A DNA stretch of 64,000 nucleotides from Candidatus Binatia bacterium (GTDB lineage: Bacteria; Desulfobacterota; Binatia; DP-6), in assembly GCA_036009625.1 (NCBI GenBank), contig DASYLJ010000166.1:1703-65702 (forward strand), in the 5' to 3' direction. Positions within the stretch are counted from its first letter, which is position 1; the number at the start of each line of letters is the position of its first letter. Shown here piece by piece: positions 8,917 to 21,217 of the stretch. A program made the translations under genes and the position numbers. The notes beneath the pieces were generated by a model. It saw nothing but the letters and a program-made list of their open reading frames with translations. It had not been told where the DNA came from and did no database searches.

Positions 8917-10233
8917 ATGCCGTTCGCCGCGCTGCCCGCCGTCGAACCGATGCCACCGCGCGCCGCGAGCGCGGTGCCGTGGGTTCGCGCCGGGCGCCGG
9001 CTGCTCGCGAATCCGACGGCGTTCTTCGCCGACACCCGCCGCCGGCTCGGCGACGCCTACGTCGTCGATGCCTTCGGCTTCCGCCTCTTCTGCGTGTTCT
9101 CACCGATGGGCGTGCGCGCCCTGTATGCGCTGCCCGAGCGCGAGGCCAGCTTCGGCCGGGCGACGTACGAGCTGCTCAGCCTGAAGCTGCCGCCCGAGCT
9201 GTTCGCGGGCCGGCGCGTGACGCCGCACAAGCTCTTCGCCGGCGACGACGTCGAGCGCTACCTGCGCACGCTGGACGACGCCGTGTCCGTCGAGCTCGAC
9301 GTCCTCGGCGACGCGGGACAGTTCGAGGTGTTCGCGGAGATGCGACGGCTCGGGCATCGGCTCGGCTTCGCGTCGTGGCTCGGACGCGAGGCGGCACAGC
9401 CGCGGTGGCTCGACCGCCTGATCCCGCTCTTCGACCGCATCGACAGCGCCGACGCGTTCGTGCGGCCGTCGGGCGCGTTCCTGACGGCGGCGACGCGCTT
9501 CCGGCGCGAGCGACGCGCGCTCGCCGCGATCGAGGCGACGGTGCGCGAGCTCTGGGCGGAGCGCCAGCGCGACGGCGTCGTGACGGGCGACTTTCTCGAA
9601 CAGATCCACGCCGCCTACGCCGATGTCCCGCCGGCGGCACGGCATGCCGGCGTGGCGCGCGACGTCGTGATGCTGCATCTCGGCTCGCAGTCGAACCTCT
9701 ATGCCGCGCTCGCGTGGACGTTCATCAACGTGGTGCTACGCCCGGAGCTGGTCGCGCGCGTGCGCGATGGCGACGACGGGCTGCTCGAGCGCTGTGCGAG
9801 CGAGTCGATCCGTCTGGCGCAGCGCTCGATCACGCTACGACGCGTGATGACGCCGCTCACCATCACCCTGGAGGACGGCCGTCACCACCTCGCGCCGGGC
9901 GTGCTCCTCGCCACCATGCTGTCGGTGAACAATACCACGGCGGCGCCCGGACTCGACGCGTTCGACCCGTCGCACTACGAAGGGCGCCGGCTCGCGAGCG
10001 ACGTGCCGATCGCGGCGCGCGAGCTGGTCAGCACCTTCGGGCATGGGGTGCATGCGTGCCCGGCGCAGCGCTTCGCGGTGTCGGCGATCCGCGTCGCGGT
10101 GGGGCGTCTGCTCGAGCGCTTCGACGTCACGCCCGCGTTCGCGACCGCGCTCGCGCGGCCACGGCAGCTCGGTGCCGTGGCGCGCGCGGCGCATCCGTGT
10201 GTGGTGACCTATCGCCGGCGTGTCACGGCGTGA
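8917..10233 (+). CDS. cytochrome P450 family protein
   Basis: 438 aa with the heme-thiolate loop FGHGVHACPAQRFA near the C-terminus and an ExxR-like ESIRL. The size is typical for a P450. Confidence 0.8.
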   Translation: MPFAALPAVEPMPPRAASAVPWVRAGRRLLANPTAFFADTRRRLGDAYVVDAFGFRLFCVFSPMGVRALYALPEREASFGRATYELLSLKLPPELFAGRRVTPHKLFAGDDVERYLRTLDDAVSVELDVLGDAGQFEVFAEMRRLGHRLGFASWLGREAAQPRWLDRLIPLFDRIDSADAFVRPSGAFLTAATRFRRERRALAAIEATVRELWAERQRDGVVTGDFLEQIHAAYADVPPAARHAGVARDVVMLHLGSQSNLYAALAWTFINVVLRPELVARVRDGDDGLLERCASESIRLAQRSITLRRVMTPLTITLEDGRHHLAPGVLLATMLSVNNTTAAPGLDAFDPSHYEGRRLASDVPIAARELVSTFGHGVHACPAQRFAVSAIRVAVGRLLERFDVTPAFATALARPRQLGAVARAAHPCVVTYRRRVTA

Positions 10234-11548
10234 GGAACGCGCCGTTCGGCGAGCCCGTCTTCGACTTGAACTGCGTCGCCGTGTTGGCGGTGGCGGTCTG
10301 GTGCTCCGACTGCCAGCACTCGCCCGTGGCCGCCTGCAGCTGCACCAGGACCGGTGACGACAGGTCGAGCGGCAGCGGCGGCAGCACCACACCGTTGCCT
10401 TTCGCCTTGACGAGGATCTTGGTCTTGCCGGCGACGCCGGCCTTCAGGACCGCCACGCGTACGGCGCCCGTCTTGCTCTTGTACTTGTAGCCGCTCGACG
10501 TCGCCGTCCATCCCGCCCCGGACGGAAGCGTCAGGCCGAGGAGGGCATGGTCGTACGCGGCCCCGGTCGACTTGTCGTAGACGCACAGGGTGTAGTCGGT
10601 GGTGGCGTTGGGCGTCCCGAAGTCGGCGACGGTGGTGGCACCGCCCGGCGCGAATTTCCACTTCGCCTGATCGGAGGCGGTGGACGGCGCGTTCTTCAGC
10701 TGGAGCTGCGCCTTCGGTAGCGTGGGACGCACGCACGACGTGGCCACGAGCCCGGCGGCCGAGCAGCCCGAGCCCGGGTCGCACGCCATGCAGGGCCCGC
10801 AGTCGAGATCACCCGCCGCGACGCAGGCGCCGGCATTGCAGGCATCGTTCGGAGTGCAGGCGTCGCCGTCGTCGCAGGGGGTGCCGGTGGGCAGGAAGGC
10901 GCCGTGGCAGGAGCCGCCGCCGCAGGTGTCGCCCGTGGTGCAGGGGAGGCCGTCGCTGCACGCCGCCGTGTTGTTGGGGTGCGTGCAGGCGCCTCCGGCG
11001 TCGCACACGTCGCTGGTGCAGGCGTTGGTGTCTGCGGTGCAGGCGGCGCCGGGGGCGGCGAGCTGACAGGTGGCGTTGCAGCAGTCGCCGTTGGTCCAGT
11101 TGCCGTCCTCGCAGGTCTCACCGGCGTCGAACGTCCCGTTGCCGCAGCGGCTGCCGACCACCGAGCCCGCGAGCGGCACGACGCCGCCGCTGCAGGTGAG
11201 GAAGCCGGTGAAGCTGTAGCTGTTCTGCGCCGCGAGGCCCGTGATCGACAGCGTCGGACAGACGACCGGCACGCTGCCCGAGACCGAGAACAGTCCGGTG
11301 AGCGTGCTGATGGTGCCGGTGAAAGGCAGCGGCGGCAGGATGCTGCAGGTGGCGGTGCCATCGAGCGTCCCACCGGTCTGCGTGAACTCGAAGCTGCAGG
11401 GCAGCGTCGCGTCGGGTACGAGCGGGGTGGTCAGCTCGGTGCGGAAGGTGCCGGTGAGGTTCACCGCGGCGCTCGCCGGCGCGGGGCCGAAGAGGGCGAG
11501 GGCGGTCACGAGGAGTCCGATCGCGGTCGTCACGCGAGGTGGGCGCAT
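10223..11548 (-). CDS. secreted protein with Myxococcus-type cysteine-rich repeats
   Basis: Start at the ATG at 11546-11548 gives signal peptide MRPPRVTTAIGLLVTALALFGPAPASA. The central region CGNGTFDAGETCEDGN...CTSDVCDAGGACTH...CSDGLPCTTGDTCGGGSC...CDDGDACTPNDACNAGAC is the disulfide-rich repeat common in myxobacteria. The C-terminal domain is Lys-rich. Confidence 0.8.
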   Translation of the reverse strand: MRPPRVTTAIGLLVTALALFGPAPASAAVNLTGTFRTELTTPLVPDATLPCSFEFTQTGGTLDGTATCSILPPLPFTGTISTLTGLFSVSGSVPVVCPTLSITGLAAQNSYSFTGFLTCSGGVVPLAGSVVGSRCGNGTFDAGETCEDGNWTNGDCCNATCQLAAPGAACTADTNACTSDVCDAGGACTHPNNTAACSDGLPCTTGDTCGGGSCHGAFLPTGTPCDDGDACTPNDACNAGACVAAGDLDCGPCMACDPGSGCSAAGLVATSCVRPTLPKAQLQLKNAPSTASDQAKWKFAPGGATTVADFGTPNATTDYTLCVYDKSTGAAYDHALLGLTLPSGAGWTATSSGYKYKSKTGAVRVAVLKAGVAGKTKILVKAKGNGVVLPPLPLDLSSPVLVQLQAATGECWQSEHQTATANTATQFKSKTGSPNGAFLTP

Positions 11549-11637
11549 GGGGGAGGCGTACCGCACCGGGCCTCCCGGGCGCAATGAAATCGTCGCCGGC
11601 GTGGCATCGTTCTGGGAAAGCAGGTTTGATCCGGCCC

Positions 11638-12471
11638 ATGGCAGAAAAGCAGCAGGTCGCGCTGGTGACGGGCGCGAACACCGGCATCGGACGGGCGACG
11701 GCTCTGGCGCTGGCGAAGCGTCGCATGCACGTGGTGGTCGCCTGTCGCAGTGAGGAGAAGGGGCGCGCCGCCGTCGCCGACATCCGGCGCGAGGCGTCGT
11801 CGGACGCGGTCGACCTGCTGCCGCTCGACCTCGGCTCGCTGGCGTCGGTACGTCGTGGCGCGGCGGCGTTCCTCGCGCGTGGGCTCCCGCTGACGCTCCT
11901 CGTCAACAACGCCGGCGTCGCCGGGCAGCGTGGTCGCACCGCCGACGGCTTCGAGCTGCACTTCGGTACCAATCACCTCGGGCACTTCCTCCTGACGCAG
12001 CTGCTGCTCGACCGCATCACGACGTCCGCCCCGGCGCGCATCGTCAACGTCGCCAGCAAGGCCCACCTCGACGCCAAGCCGATCGAGTGGACGTCGCTGC
12101 AGGGCTCGACGCGCAGCTTCACCGGCCTGCCGGAGTACGCCGTCTCGAAGCTCGCCAACATCCTCTTCACGAAAGAGCTGGCGCGACGGCTCGCGGGCAC
12201 CGGGGTGACGGTGTACGCGCTCCACCCCGGCGTGGTCGCGTCGGACGCGTGGCGGCGGATCCCGTGGCCGATCCGCCCGCTCATCACGCGCAACATGCTG
12301 TCGAACGACGACGGGGCGCTGACGACGCTGCATTGTGCGACGTCGGTCGAGGCGGGGAACGAGACCGGTCTCTACTATGATCACTCGACGGTGCGGGAGC
12401 CGCTGCCACTGGCGAACGACGCCGCACTGGCGCGCGAGCTGTGGGAGCGGAGCGAGCGCTGGGTGGCGTGA
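11638..12471 (+). CDS. short-chain dehydrogenase/reductase (retinol-dehydrogenase-like SDR)
   Basis: MAEKQQVALVTGANTGIGRATA (TGxxxGxG), NNAG, and YAVSK (YxxxK). Start at the ATG at 11638. Confidence 0.9.
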   Translation: MAEKQQVALVTGANTGIGRATALALAKRRMHVVVACRSEEKGRAAVADIRREASSDAVDLLPLDLGSLASVRRGAAAFLARGLPLTLLVNNAGVAGQRGRTADGFELHFGTNHLGHFLLTQLLLDRITTSAPARIVNVASKAHLDAKPIEWTSLQGSTRSFTGLPEYAVSKLANILFTKELARRLAGTGVTVYALHPGVVASDAWRRIPWPIRPLITRNMLSNDDGALTTLHCATSVEAGNETGLYYDHSTVREPLPLANDAALARELWERSERWVA

Positions 12472-12472
12472 G

Positions 12473-13894
12473 CTAGGGCGCGTCCGGCAGCTGCGAGATG
12501 TCCCAGCCGCCGCCGAGCGCCTGGATCAACCGGACACTGGCTTCGAGCCGCCGGCCGCGGATGTCGGCGTAGGTCTGCCGGTTGCTGAGCGCGGCGGCCT
12601 GCACGATGACGACGCTGAGATAGCTGATCGTGCCGGCCGTGTACTGGTTCGTGGTGATCTTCACCGACTCCTCGGCCGCCGCGACCGCCCGTGCCTGCAC
12701 GCGGTCCTCCTCCGCGAGGAGGCGCAGCGACGAGAGCGCGTCCTCCACCTCCTGGAAGCCGGTGAGCACGCTCTGCCGGTAGTCGGCGACGGTGGCGTCG
12801 AAGGTGGCGCGGGCCTGATCGCTCTGCGAGGCGCGGAGGCCGCCGTCGTAGACCGTCTGCGTGACGGCGGGGCCCACCGAGAAGAATCGGCTCGGCCACA
12901 CCAGCCACTTCGCGATGTCGCCGCTCTGGAATCCGCCCGTGGCACTCAGCGTGACCGTCGGGTAGTAGGCGGCGGTCGCGACGCCGATCTCGGCGTTGGC
13001 CGATGCCACGCGCCGCTCGGCGGCGGCGATGTCGGGGCGGCGCTCGAGCAGCTCCGACGGCAGTCCGACCGGCACCGGCGGCGGCTCACCGTGGAGCGGA
13101 GCGAACGGGATCGAGAACGTCGACGCCGGCTCGCCCACCAGCACGGCGATGGCGTGCTCGAGCTGCGCGCGCTGCACGCCGACGTCGATGGACTGGGCGC
13201 GCGTCGATTCGAGCTGCGTCTCCGCCTGCACGACGTCGGCGCGCGAGACGACGCCGCTGGCGAGCCGGTTCCGCGTCAGCGTGAGCGTGCGCTCGTAGAC
13301 CTTCACCGTCTCGTCGAGGAGCTGACGCTGGGAGTCGAGGGTGCGCAGCGTGAACCAGTCGATGGCGAGCTCGGACTGCAGGCTCAGCTGCGTCGACGCC
13401 AGGTCGGCGGCGGTGGCGGCCGCAGTGTCCTCGCTCGACTCGACGGCGCGGCGGATACGCCCCCAGACGTCGGCCTCCCAGGAGATGCTGAGCGGCATGA
13501 CGAGGTCGGTGTCGTAGCGACCGCCGCCGAACTGGCTGCTGCCGAGATTGGACGACTGCTTCGAGCGGCTCGCCGACACGCCGACGGTGACGTTCGGGTA
13601 CCAGCTCGACCGCGACGCGCCGACGAGCGCGCGCGCCTGCCGCAGCTGCGCCTCGGCCGCGGCGAGCGTCTGGTTCGACACCACGACCCGCTCCTCGAGC
13701 GCGCTCAGATCGGGGTCGTCGTAGCGTTCCCACCACGCGCCGCGCAGGACGTCGTCCTGCGGCTCCGCCACCTTCCAGCCGTCGAGCTCCTTGTAGGCCG
13801 GCGCCTCGGGGGCCGTCGGCCGCACGTAGTCTGGGCCGACGCTGCAGCCCGCGAGCACGGCGAGCAGGATGACGACGAGCGCGCGCATGCTCAT
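12473..13894 (-). CDS. RND efflux outer-membrane lipoprotein, NodT family
   Basis: [26 protein letters not shown] gives a lipobox plus the NodT N-terminal motif. The ATG at 13892-13894 overlaps the TGA of mdtC (ATGA). Confidence 0.9.
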   Translation of the reverse strand: MSMRALVVILLAVLAGCSVGPDYVRPTAPEAPAYKELDGWKVAEPQDDVLRGAWWERYDDPDLSALEERVVVSNQTLAAAEAQLRQARALVGASRSSWYPNVTVGVSASRSKQSSNLGSSQFGGGRYDTDLVMPLSISWEADVWGRIRRAVESSEDTAAATAADLASTQLSLQSELAIDWFTLRTLDSQRQLLDETVKVYERTLTLTRNRLASGVVSRADVVQAETQLESTRAQSIDVGVQRAQLEHAIAVLVGEPASTFSIPFAPLHGEPPPVPVGLPSELLERRPDIAAAERRVASANAEIGVATAAYYPTVTLSATGGFQSGDIAKWLVWPSRFFSVGPAVTQTVYDGGLRASQSDQARATFDATVADYRQSVLTGFQEVEDALSSLRLLAEEDRVQARAVAAAEESVKITTNQYTAGTISYLSVVIVQAAALSNRQTYADIRGRRLEASVRLIQALGGGWDISQLPDAP

Positions 13895-16800
13895 GCCGGC
13901 CGCACCGCATAGGTCTGGGGGCGACGTGTGGCCCAGAGACGCAGGCGGTCGAGATAGAGGTAGACGACGGGTGTCGTGTAGAGCGTCAGCGCCTGGCTGA
14001 CGATGAGACCGCCGACGATGGCGATGCCGAGCGGCCGCCGCATCTCGGCGCCAGCCCCGACGCTCAGCGCGAGGGGCAGGGCGCCGAGCAGCGCCGCCAT
14101 CGTCGTCATCATGATGGGGCGGAAGCGCAGGACGCAGGCCTGGCGGATGGCCTCGGCGGGCGGGAGATCGTGGCTGCGCTCGGCCTCGAGCGCGAAGTCC
14201 ACCATCATGATGGCGTTCTTCTTGACGATGCCGATCAGCAGCAGGATGCCGATCAGCGCCATCACGTTCAGGTCGACGCCGCAGGCGAGCAGCGCCAGCA
14301 GCGCGCCGACGCCCGCCGACGGCAGCGTGGAGAGGATGGTGATCGGGTGAATGTAGCTCTCGTAGAGGATGCCGAGCACGAGGTAGACCGTCACCAGCGC
14401 CGCGATGATGAGCAGCCACTGGTTCGCGAGCGACGACTGGAACGCCTGTGCGGTGCCCTGGAAGCTGCCGCGGATCGTGCTCGGCATGCCGATGTCGTGC
14501 GTCGCCTGCTCGACCGCGGTCACCGCATCGCCGAGTGCGACGTTCGGCGCCAGGTTGAACGACAGCGTCACCGACGGGAACTGGCTCTGGTGGTTCACCG
14601 CCAGCGTCGTCGGGTTCACGGCCCAATGCGTGAAGGCGGCGAGCGGTACGCGCGCACCGTCGGTGGACACGACGTAGAGCTGCTGCAGCGTCTCGGGCCG
14701 CTGCCAGTACTGCGGCGCCACCTCCATCACGACGTGGTACTGGTTGAGCGGCGTGTAGGTGATCGCCACCTGGCGCTGCCCGAAGGCGTCATAGAGCGTG
14801 TCGTCGATCAACGACGGCGACAGGCCGAGGCGCGACGCGGTGTCGCGGTCGATGTCGAGCGTCGCCTCGAGGCCCTTGTCCTGCTGATCGCTGGTGACGT
14901 CGGCGATGAGCGGCAGGCGGCGTAGCACCTCCGCCACCCGTGGCGCCCAGGTGGCGAGCTCGTCGACGCTCTCGCCCTGGAGCGTGTACTGGTACTGCGC
15001 GCCGCCCACGCGCCCGCCGATGCGCAGGTCCTGCACCGCCTGCAGGAACGTGGGCGCCCCCGGGATCGCCGACAGCGGGCCGCGCAGCCGCGCGATCACC
15101 TGGTCGGCGGTGACGTCACGCTGGTCGGACGGCTTGAGCGCGATGAACATGCGCCCGGTGTTGCGCGCGCTGCCGCCACCACCACCGCCGCCGGTGAAGG
15201 CGAGCACGTTGTCGACCGCCGGATCGCGGCGGATGACGTCGACGACCGCGGCGAGCTTGTCGCGCATGGACTGGAACGACACGTCCTGCGACGCCTGGAT
15301 GGTACCGCCGAGGCGTCCGGTGTCCTGCTGCGGGAAGAAGCCCTTCGGGATGTAGGCGAAGAGCTGGATGTTGAGCGCGACGGTCGCCAGCGTGAGCACC
15401 AGCATCGTGCGCGGATGGCGCAACGCCCAGCCCAGGCTGCGCTCGTAGCCGCGGCCCATGGCGGCGATGGCGCGCGCCAGCCGGTTCGGGGTGTGGCTCG
15501 TCGGATGCGGACGGAGCAGCGCGCCGCACATCATGGGCGTGGTGGTGAGCGACACCACGAGCGAGATCGCGATCGCCACCGACAGCGTCACCGCGAACTC
15601 GCGGAAGAGCCGGCCGATGATGCCGCCCATGAGCAGGATGGGGATGAACACCGCCACCAGCGAGACGCTCATCGAGAGCACGGTGAAACCGATCTCGCGG
15701 GCGCCGAGCAGCGCGGCGTCGCGCGGCGCCATGCCGGCCTCGACGTGGCGCGAGACGTTTTCGAGCACCACGATGGCGTCGTCGACGACGAAGCCGGTGG
15801 CGATGGCGAGCGCCATCAGCGACAGGTTGTCGAGGCTGAAGTCGAAGAGGTACATCACGCCGAAGGTGCCGATCAGCGACACCGGCACCGCCACCGTCGG
15901 GATCAGCGTCGCGCGCGGGCTCTGCAGGAACGCGAACACGACGAGGATGACGAGGACCACCGACGCCACCAGTGTCAGCTCGACGTCGCGCAGCGAGGCG
16001 CGGATGGGCGGCGTGCGGTCGAGTGCCACCGTCATGTCGATCGACGCCGGCAGCGCCGCGCGCATCGCCGGCAGCTCGGCGCGGACGCGGTCGACGGTCT
16101 CGATGATGTTGGCGCCGGGGCTGCGGAAGACGATGACCATGATCGCAGGACGGCCGTTCGCCAGCCCCGTCGTGCGCACGTCCTCCACGGAGTCCACCAC
16201 GCTGGCGACGTCGTCGAGGTGGAGGGCAGCGCCGTTGGCGTAGGCCACGACCACCGGACGGTAGTCGGCGGCGTGACGGAGCTGATCGTTGGTCTCGATC
16301 TCCCAGGTGCGGTCGCCGTCGGTGAGCTGCCCCTTCGGACGTCGCACCGTGGTGGTGGCGATGGCGCGACGGACGTCTTCGAGGCCGACGCCGTAGCGGC
16401 TGAGCGCCGACGGATCGAGCTCGACGCGCACGGCGGGCAGCGAGCTGCCGCCGACGTTCACCTGGCCGACGCCCTCGACCCGTGCCAGCTGCTGCTGCAG
16501 GACCGACGACGCGATGTCGTAGATCTCGCCGGTGCCGAGGACGTCGGAGGTGAGGGCGAGGATCAGGATCGGCGCGTCGGCCGGATTGACCTTGCGGTAC
16601 GTCGGATTGCTCGGGAGGTTGGCGGGCAGATAGCCGCGGGCGGCATTGATGGCGGCCTGTACGTCGCGCGCGGCGCCGTCGATGTCGCGGCTCAGGTCGA
16701 ACTGCAGCACGATGCCCGTCGAGCCGAGGAAGCTCGTCGACGTCATCTCGGTGACGCCGGCGATGCGACCGAACTGGCGCTCGAGCGGTGCCGCCACCGA

Positions 16801-16983
16801 CGTGGCCATGGTGCCGGGGCTGGCGCCCGGGAGACCAGCCGACACCTGGATGGTCGGGAAGTCGACCTGCGGCAGCGAGGCCACCGGAAGCAGGCGGAAG
16901 CCCGCCGCACCGGCGAGCGCCAGCCCGATCGTGAGGAGCGTGGTGGCGACGGGACGCGTGACGAAGGGCGCCGAGACGTTCAT
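13891..16983 (-). CDS. mdtC: RND multidrug efflux permease, MdtC-like
   Basis: [77 protein letters not shown] closely tracks E. coli MdtC as I remember it. The 1841-aa track ORF is trimmed at the ATG at 16981-16983, which overlaps the upstream TGA. Confidence 0.9.
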   Translation of the reverse strand: MNVSAPFVTRPVATTLLTIGLALAGAAGFRLLPVASLPQVDFPTIQVSAGLPGASPGTMATSVAAPLERQFGRIAGVTEMTSTSFLGSTGIVLQFDLSRDIDGAARDVQAAINAARGYLPANLPSNPTYRKVNPADAPILILALTSDVLGTGEIYDIASSVLQQQLARVEGVGQVNVGGSSLPAVRVELDPSALSRYGVGLEDVRRAIATTTVRRPKGQLTDGDRTWEIETNDQLRHAADYRPVVVAYANGAALHLDDVASVVDSVEDVRTTGLANGRPAIMVIVFRSPGANIIETVDRVRAELPAMRAALPASIDMTVALDRTPPIRASLRDVELTLVASVVLVILVVFAFLQSPRATLIPTVAVPVSLIGTFGVMYLFDFSLDNLSLMALAIATGFVVDDAIVVLENVSRHVEAGMAPRDAALLGAREIGFTVLSMSVSLVAVFIPILLMGGIIGRLFREFAVTLSVAIAISLVVSLTTTPMMCGALLRPHPTSHTPNRLARAIAAMGRGYERSLGWALRHPRTMLVLTLATVALNIQLFAYIPKGFFPQQDTGRLGGTIQASQDVSFQSMRDKLAAVVDVIRRDPAVDNVLAFTGGGGGGGSARNTGRMFIALKPSDQRDVTADQVIARLRGPLSAIPGAPTFLQAVQDLRIGGRVGGAQYQYTLQGESVDELATWAPRVAEVLRRLPLIADVTSDQQDKGLEATLDIDRDTASRLGLSPSLIDDTLYDAFGQRQVAITYTPLNQYHVVMEVAPQYWQRPETLQQLYVVSTDGARVPLAAFTHWAVNPTTLAVNHQSQFPSVTLSFNLAPNVALGDAVTAVEQATHDIGMPSTIRGSFQGTAQAFQSSLANQWLLIIAALVTVYLVLGILYESYIHPITILSTLPSAGVGALLALLACGVDLNVMALIGILLLIGIVKKNAIMMVDFALEAERSHDLPPAEAIRQACVLRFRPIMMTTMAALLGALPLALSVGAGAEMRRPLGIAIVGGLIVSQALTLYTTPVVYLYLDRLRLWATRRPQTYAVRPA

Positions 16984-19900
16984 GGCGCTCCCGGCTCCAG
17001 CGCGGGGTCGTGTGGTCGCGACAGCACGCGGCGGCTGCGCTTCGCCAGCCGATCGAACGCCAGGTAGATGACGGGCGTCGTGTAGAGCGTCAGCACCTGG
17101 CTGACGATGAGGCCGCCGACGATGGCGATGCCGAGCGGGCGTCGCAGCTCGGCACCGACGCCGCTGCTGAGCGCCAGCGGCAGCGCGCCGAGCAGCGCCG
17201 CCATCGTCGTCATCATGATCGGCCGGAAGCGCAGCAGGCACGCCTGATAGATGGCGTCGGCCGCCGACTTGCCCTCGGTGCGCTCCGCGTCGAGCGCGAA
17301 GTCGATCATCATGATGGCGTTTTTCTTGACGATGCCGATCAGCAGGATGATGCCGATCAGCGCGATCACGTCGAACTCGGTGTTGCAGAGGATCAGGGCC
17401 AGGATGGCGCCGACGCCGGCCGAGGGCAGGGTGGAGAGGATCGTGATCGGGTGGATGTAGCTCTCGTAGAGCACGCCCAGCACGATGTAGACGGTGACCA
17501 ACGCGGCGAGGATCAGCACGGGCTCGTTCGCGAGCGAGGCGCGGAAGGCCTGCGCCGTGCCCTGGAAGCTGCCGCGGATGCTCGGCGGCATGCCGAGGTC
17601 GCGTGCGGTGGCCTCCACCGCGTCCACCGCCGCGCCGAGCGACACGCCCGGTGCCACGTCGAACGACAACGTCACGGCGGGGAACTGCGCCTGGTGGCTC
17701 ACGACCAGCGGCGCCGTGCGCTCCTCGAGCTGGGTGACGGCGCGCAACGGCACCTGCGCACCGTCCGTGCCCTCGACGTAGAGGTCGCGCAGCCCGTCGG
17801 GGTGACGCTGGAACTCGGGCGCGACCTCGAGCACGACGCGGTACTGGTTCAGCTGCGTGAACATGGTCGAGATCTGGCGCTGGCCGAAGGCGTCGTAGAG
17901 CGTGTCGTCGATCGCCTGCGGCGTGATGCCGAGCCGCGACGCGGTGGTGCGGTCGATCTGCAACGACGCCTGCAGGCCGAGATCCTGCTGGTCGCTGCTG
18001 ACGTCGCGCAGCTCGGGGCGCGCACGCAGCGCCTCCACCAGGCGCGGCGCCCAGGTGCGCAGCTCGGCGGCGTCGGGATCCTCGAGGCTGTACTGGTACT
18101 GCGTGCGGCTGACGCGGTCCTCGACGGTGAGGTCCTGCACGGGCTGCAGGAAGAGCTGGATGCCGTGTACGTCGGCCAGCTTCGGCTGCAGCCGATGCAT
18201 GACGTCGACCGCCCCGTCGTCGCGCTGGTCGTGCTCCTTCAGGTTGATGAGGATGCGGCCGCTGTTGATCGTGGTGTTGGTGCCGTCGACGCCGATGAAC
18301 GACGACACGCTCTCCACGGCCGGGTCCTGCAGAATCACGCGCACCAGCGCCTGCTGCCGAACCGCCATGGCCGGGAACGAGATCGCCTGGGGCGCCTCGG
18401 AGATGCCGAGCAGGACGCCGGTGTCCTGCACCGGGAAGAAACCCTTCGGCACGATCACGAAGAGGACGATCGTCAGCACGAGGACGCCGGCGGCGACCAG
18501 CAGCGTCGCGCCCTGGCGCGCCAGCACCCAACGGAGCGAGGTGGCGTAGCCGTCGATGACGCGCTCGAGGGCGCGCTCCGAGACGCGGTAGAAGCGGCCC
18601 TGGCGCTCGGGCGGCGTGTGGCGGAGCAGGCGTGCGCACATCATCGGCGTCAGCGTCAGCGACACGACGGCCGAGATGAGGATGGTGACGCCGAGCGTGA
18701 TCGCGAACTCGCGGAAGAGGCGGCCGACGACGTCGCCCATGAAGAGCAGCGGGATCAGCACGGCGATGAGCGACACCGTGAGCGAGAGGATGGTGAAGCC
18801 GATCTGCTCCGCGCCCTTCAACGCGGCGGCCAGCGGCGGCTCGCCGGCTTCGACGTAGCGCGCGACGTTCTCGATCATGACGATGGCGTCGTCGACGACG
18901 AAGCCGGTGGCGATGGTGAGCGCCATCAGCGACAGGTTGTTCAGGCTGAAGCCGAGCAGGTACATGACGCCGAACGTGCCGACGAGCGACAGCGGCACCG
19001 CCACCGCAGGAATGACGGTACCCGCGAGGTTGCGCAGGAAGAGGAAGATCACGACGACGACCAGCGCCACCGACAGCAGCAGCTCGAGCTGCACGTCCTC
19101 GACCGAGGCGCGGATGGTGCTGGTGCGGTCGGTGAGCACCGTCATGTGCACCGCCTGCGGCAGGGTGTGCTCGAGCTGCGGCAGCAGAGCGCGGATGCGG
19201 TCGACGACCTCGATGACGTTGGCGCCGGGCTGGCGCTGCACGTTCACGATCACCGCCGGCGTGTCGTTCATCCACGCCGCCTGCTTCACGTTCTCGGCGT
19301 CGTCGACGACGGCGGCGACGTCGGACAATCGCACCGGCGCGTTGTTGCGGTAGGCGATGACGAGCGGCCCGTAGGAGGCGCTCGTCAGCAGCTGGTCGTT
19401 TGCGCCGATCACCCACGACTGGTGCGGGCCGTCGAAGCCGCCCTTCGCCTGGTTGACGTTCGCGGCGGCGACGGCGGTGCGCACGTCCTCGAGCGACAGC
19501 CCGTAAGCGGCGAGCGCCGTGGGATTGGCGCGGATGCGCACGGCGGGACGCTGTCCGCCGCTGATGGAGACGAGGCCGACGCCGGGAATCTCGGCGAGTT
19601 TCTGGACGAGCCGCGTATCGGCGAGATCCTCGACCGCCGGCAGCGGCAGCGTGTCGGAGCTGAGCGCCAGGGTCAGGATCGGTGCGTCGGCCGGGTTCAC
19701 CTTGCTGTAGATCGGCGGGTTCGGGAGGTCGCGCGGCAGGTACGTGAAGGCCGCGTTGATGGCCGCCTGCACCTCCTGCTCGGCGACGTCGAGGCTCAGA
19801 TCGAGCGCGAACTGCAGGGTGATGACGGAGCTGCCGCTCGAGCTGGTGGACGTCATCTGGCCGAGCCCAGGCATCTGTCCGAGCTGGCGCTCGAGCGGCG

Positions 19901-20093
19901 CGGTCACCGACGAGGCCATGACGTCGGGGCTGGCCCCCGGATAGAAGGTGAGCACCTGGATCGTCGGGTAGTCGACCTGGGGCAGGGCGGCGACGGGCAG
20001 CTGGCGATAGGCGACGATGCCGGCCAGCAGCAGCGCCGCCATGAGGAGCGTGGTGGCGACGGGCCGTAGGATGAACGGCCGCGAGAGGTTCAT
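16980..20093 (-). CDS. mdtB: RND multidrug efflux permease, MdtB-like
   Basis: [77 protein letters not shown] closely tracks E. coli MdtB. The ATG at 20091-20093 overlaps the TGA of mdtA. Confidence 0.9.
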   Translation of the reverse strand: MNLSRPFILRPVATTLLMAALLLAGIVAYRQLPVAALPQVDYPTIQVLTFYPGASPDVMASSVTAPLERQLGQMPGLGQMTSTSSSGSSVITLQFALDLSLDVAEQEVQAAINAAFTYLPRDLPNPPIYSKVNPADAPILTLALSSDTLPLPAVEDLADTRLVQKLAEIPGVGLVSISGGQRPAVRIRANPTALAAYGLSLEDVRTAVAAANVNQAKGGFDGPHQSWVIGANDQLLTSASYGPLVIAYRNNAPVRLSDVAAVVDDAENVKQAAWMNDTPAVIVNVQRQPGANVIEVVDRIRALLPQLEHTLPQAVHMTVLTDRTSTIRASVEDVQLELLLSVALVVVVIFLFLRNLAGTVIPAVAVPLSLVGTFGVMYLLGFSLNNLSLMALTIATGFVVDDAIVMIENVARYVEAGEPPLAAALKGAEQIGFTILSLTVSLIAVLIPLLFMGDVVGRLFREFAITLGVTILISAVVSLTLTPMMCARLLRHTPPERQGRFYRVSERALERVIDGYATSLRWVLARQGATLLVAAGVLVLTIVLFVIVPKGFFPVQDTGVLLGISEAPQAISFPAMAVRQQALVRVILQDPAVESVSSFIGVDGTNTTINSGRILINLKEHDQRDDGAVDVMHRLQPKLADVHGIQLFLQPVQDLTVEDRVSRTQYQYSLEDPDAAELRTWAPRLVEALRARPELRDVSSDQQDLGLQASLQIDRTTASRLGITPQAIDDTLYDAFGQRQISTMFTQLNQYRVVLEVAPEFQRHPDGLRDLYVEGTDGAQVPLRAVTQLEERTAPLVVSHQAQFPAVTLSFDVAPGVSLGAAVDAVEATARDLGMPPSIRGSFQGTAQAFRASLANEPVLILAALVTVYIVLGVLYESYIHPITILSTLPSAGVGAILALILCNTEFDVIALIGIILLIGIVKKNAIMMIDFALDAERTEGKSAADAIYQACLLRFRPIMMTTMAALLGALPLALSSGVGAELRRPLGIAIVGGLIVSQVLTLYTTPVIYLAFDRLAKRSRRVLSRPHDPALEPGAP

Positions 20094-21217
20094 GCGTGCG
20101 GCGCCTTCACCGCTACGGTGCTGCCGTCGCGCAGCCCTTCGGCGCCATCGACCACCACCGTCTCGCCCGGCTCGAGCCCCTGATCGATCGAGGTATCGTC
20201 GCCTGCGCCGATGCCGACCGTGACGGGCCGCATGCTCACCGTCTGCTCGGGGCCGACGACGTAGACGAAGGTGCCCTTGGTGCCGCGCTGCACGGCGGCG
20301 GTGGGGACCAGCGTCGCGTCGTGCTGGACGTCGAGCCGCAGCCGCGCGTTGACGAACTGATTCGGGAAGAGGGCGTCGTCCGTGTTGGGGAACTCGGCCT
20401 TCAGGCGCACCGTGCCGGTGGTGGGATCGATGCTGTTGTCGACGGTCAGCAGTGTCCCGGTGGTGAGCAGATGGGTCTGGGCACGATCCCACGCCTCCAC
20501 CGGCAACGGCTTGCCGTCGTGCAGCGCCCGCATGACGGGCGGCAGTGCGTCCTCGGGGATGGTGAACACCACGGCGATGGGCTGCATCTGCGTCAGCACG
20601 ACGAGCCCACCGGTATCGGTGGCGTGCACCATGTTGCCGGGGTCGACGAGGCGGAGGCCGAGGCGTCCGCTCACGGGGGCGGTGATGCGCGCGTAGGTGA
20701 GGTTCAGGCTCGCGTCGTCGACCTGCGCCTGGTCGATCTTCACCGCGGCCTCGTACTGCGCGACCAGCGATACCTGCGTGTCGCGCTGCTGCGTCGGCGC
20801 CGAGTCCTGTGCGACGAGCGTGCGGTAGCGCTGCAGATCGACGCGGGCGTTGGCGAGCAGGGCCTGGTCGCGCGCGAGCTGGCCCTGCGCCTGGGCGCGC
20901 TGCACCTCGAACGGACGGGGGTCGATCTCGGCGAGCAGGTCGCCGGCGTGGACGGTCTGGCCCTCGGTGAAGTGCACGGCCATCAGCTGGCCGTCGACGC
21001 GGGAGCGGACGGTGACGGTGGCGAGCGGGGTGACGCTGCCGATCCCGCCCACGTACACCGGCAGGTCACCGCGCCGCGCGGTGGCGACCGCGACCGGCAC
21101 GGCACGCGCCGCAGGGCGCGCCGCCGTGTCGGCGCCGGTGCCCGGATGCCACAGACGCCAGGCGACGACGACCACCAGGAGCAGGACGGCGAGGAGAACG
21201 ATCCGTCGTCGCGTCAT
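20090..21217 (-). CDS. mdtA: RND efflux periplasmic adaptor (membrane fusion protein), MdtA-like
   Basis: 375 aa with an N-terminal anchor, then [44 protein letters not shown]...(coiled coil)...[10 protein letters not shown]. Confidence 0.9.
   Translation of the reverse strand: MTRRRIVLLAVLLLVVVVAWRLWHPGTGADTAARPAARAVPVAVATARRGDLPVYVGGIGSVTPLATVTVRSRVDGQLMAVHFTEGQTVHAGDLLAEIDPRPFEVQRAQAQGQLARDQALLANARVDLQRYRTLVAQDSAPTQQRDTQVSLVAQYEAAVKIDQAQVDDASLNLTYARITAPVSGRLGLRLVDPGNMVHATDTGGLVVLTQMQPIAVVFTIPEDALPPVMRALHDGKPLPVEAWDRAQTHLLTTGTLLTVDNSIDPTTGTVRLKAEFPNTDDALFPNQFVNARLRLDVQHDATLVPTAAVQRGTKGTFVYVVGPEQTVSMRPVTVGIGAGDDTSIDQGLEPGETVVVDGAEGLRDGSTVAVKAPHA

Noticed and set aside
8322-10490. 722-aa plus-strand ORF spanning the DUF1993 and P450 genes
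   Set aside because: It is an alternative frame of two well-supported genes, and the sequence is an Arg/Ala/Pro repeat-like artefact.
13891-20492. Track ORFs of 1841 aa, 1170 aa and 717 aa suggesting giant fused efflux proteins
   Set aside because: These are upstream in-frame extensions without stops. The real N-termini (MNVSAPF..., MNLSRPF..., MSMRALV... lipobox) sit exactly at ATGA overlaps with the preceding gene. The extensions read as low-complexity Arg/Pro/His sequence.
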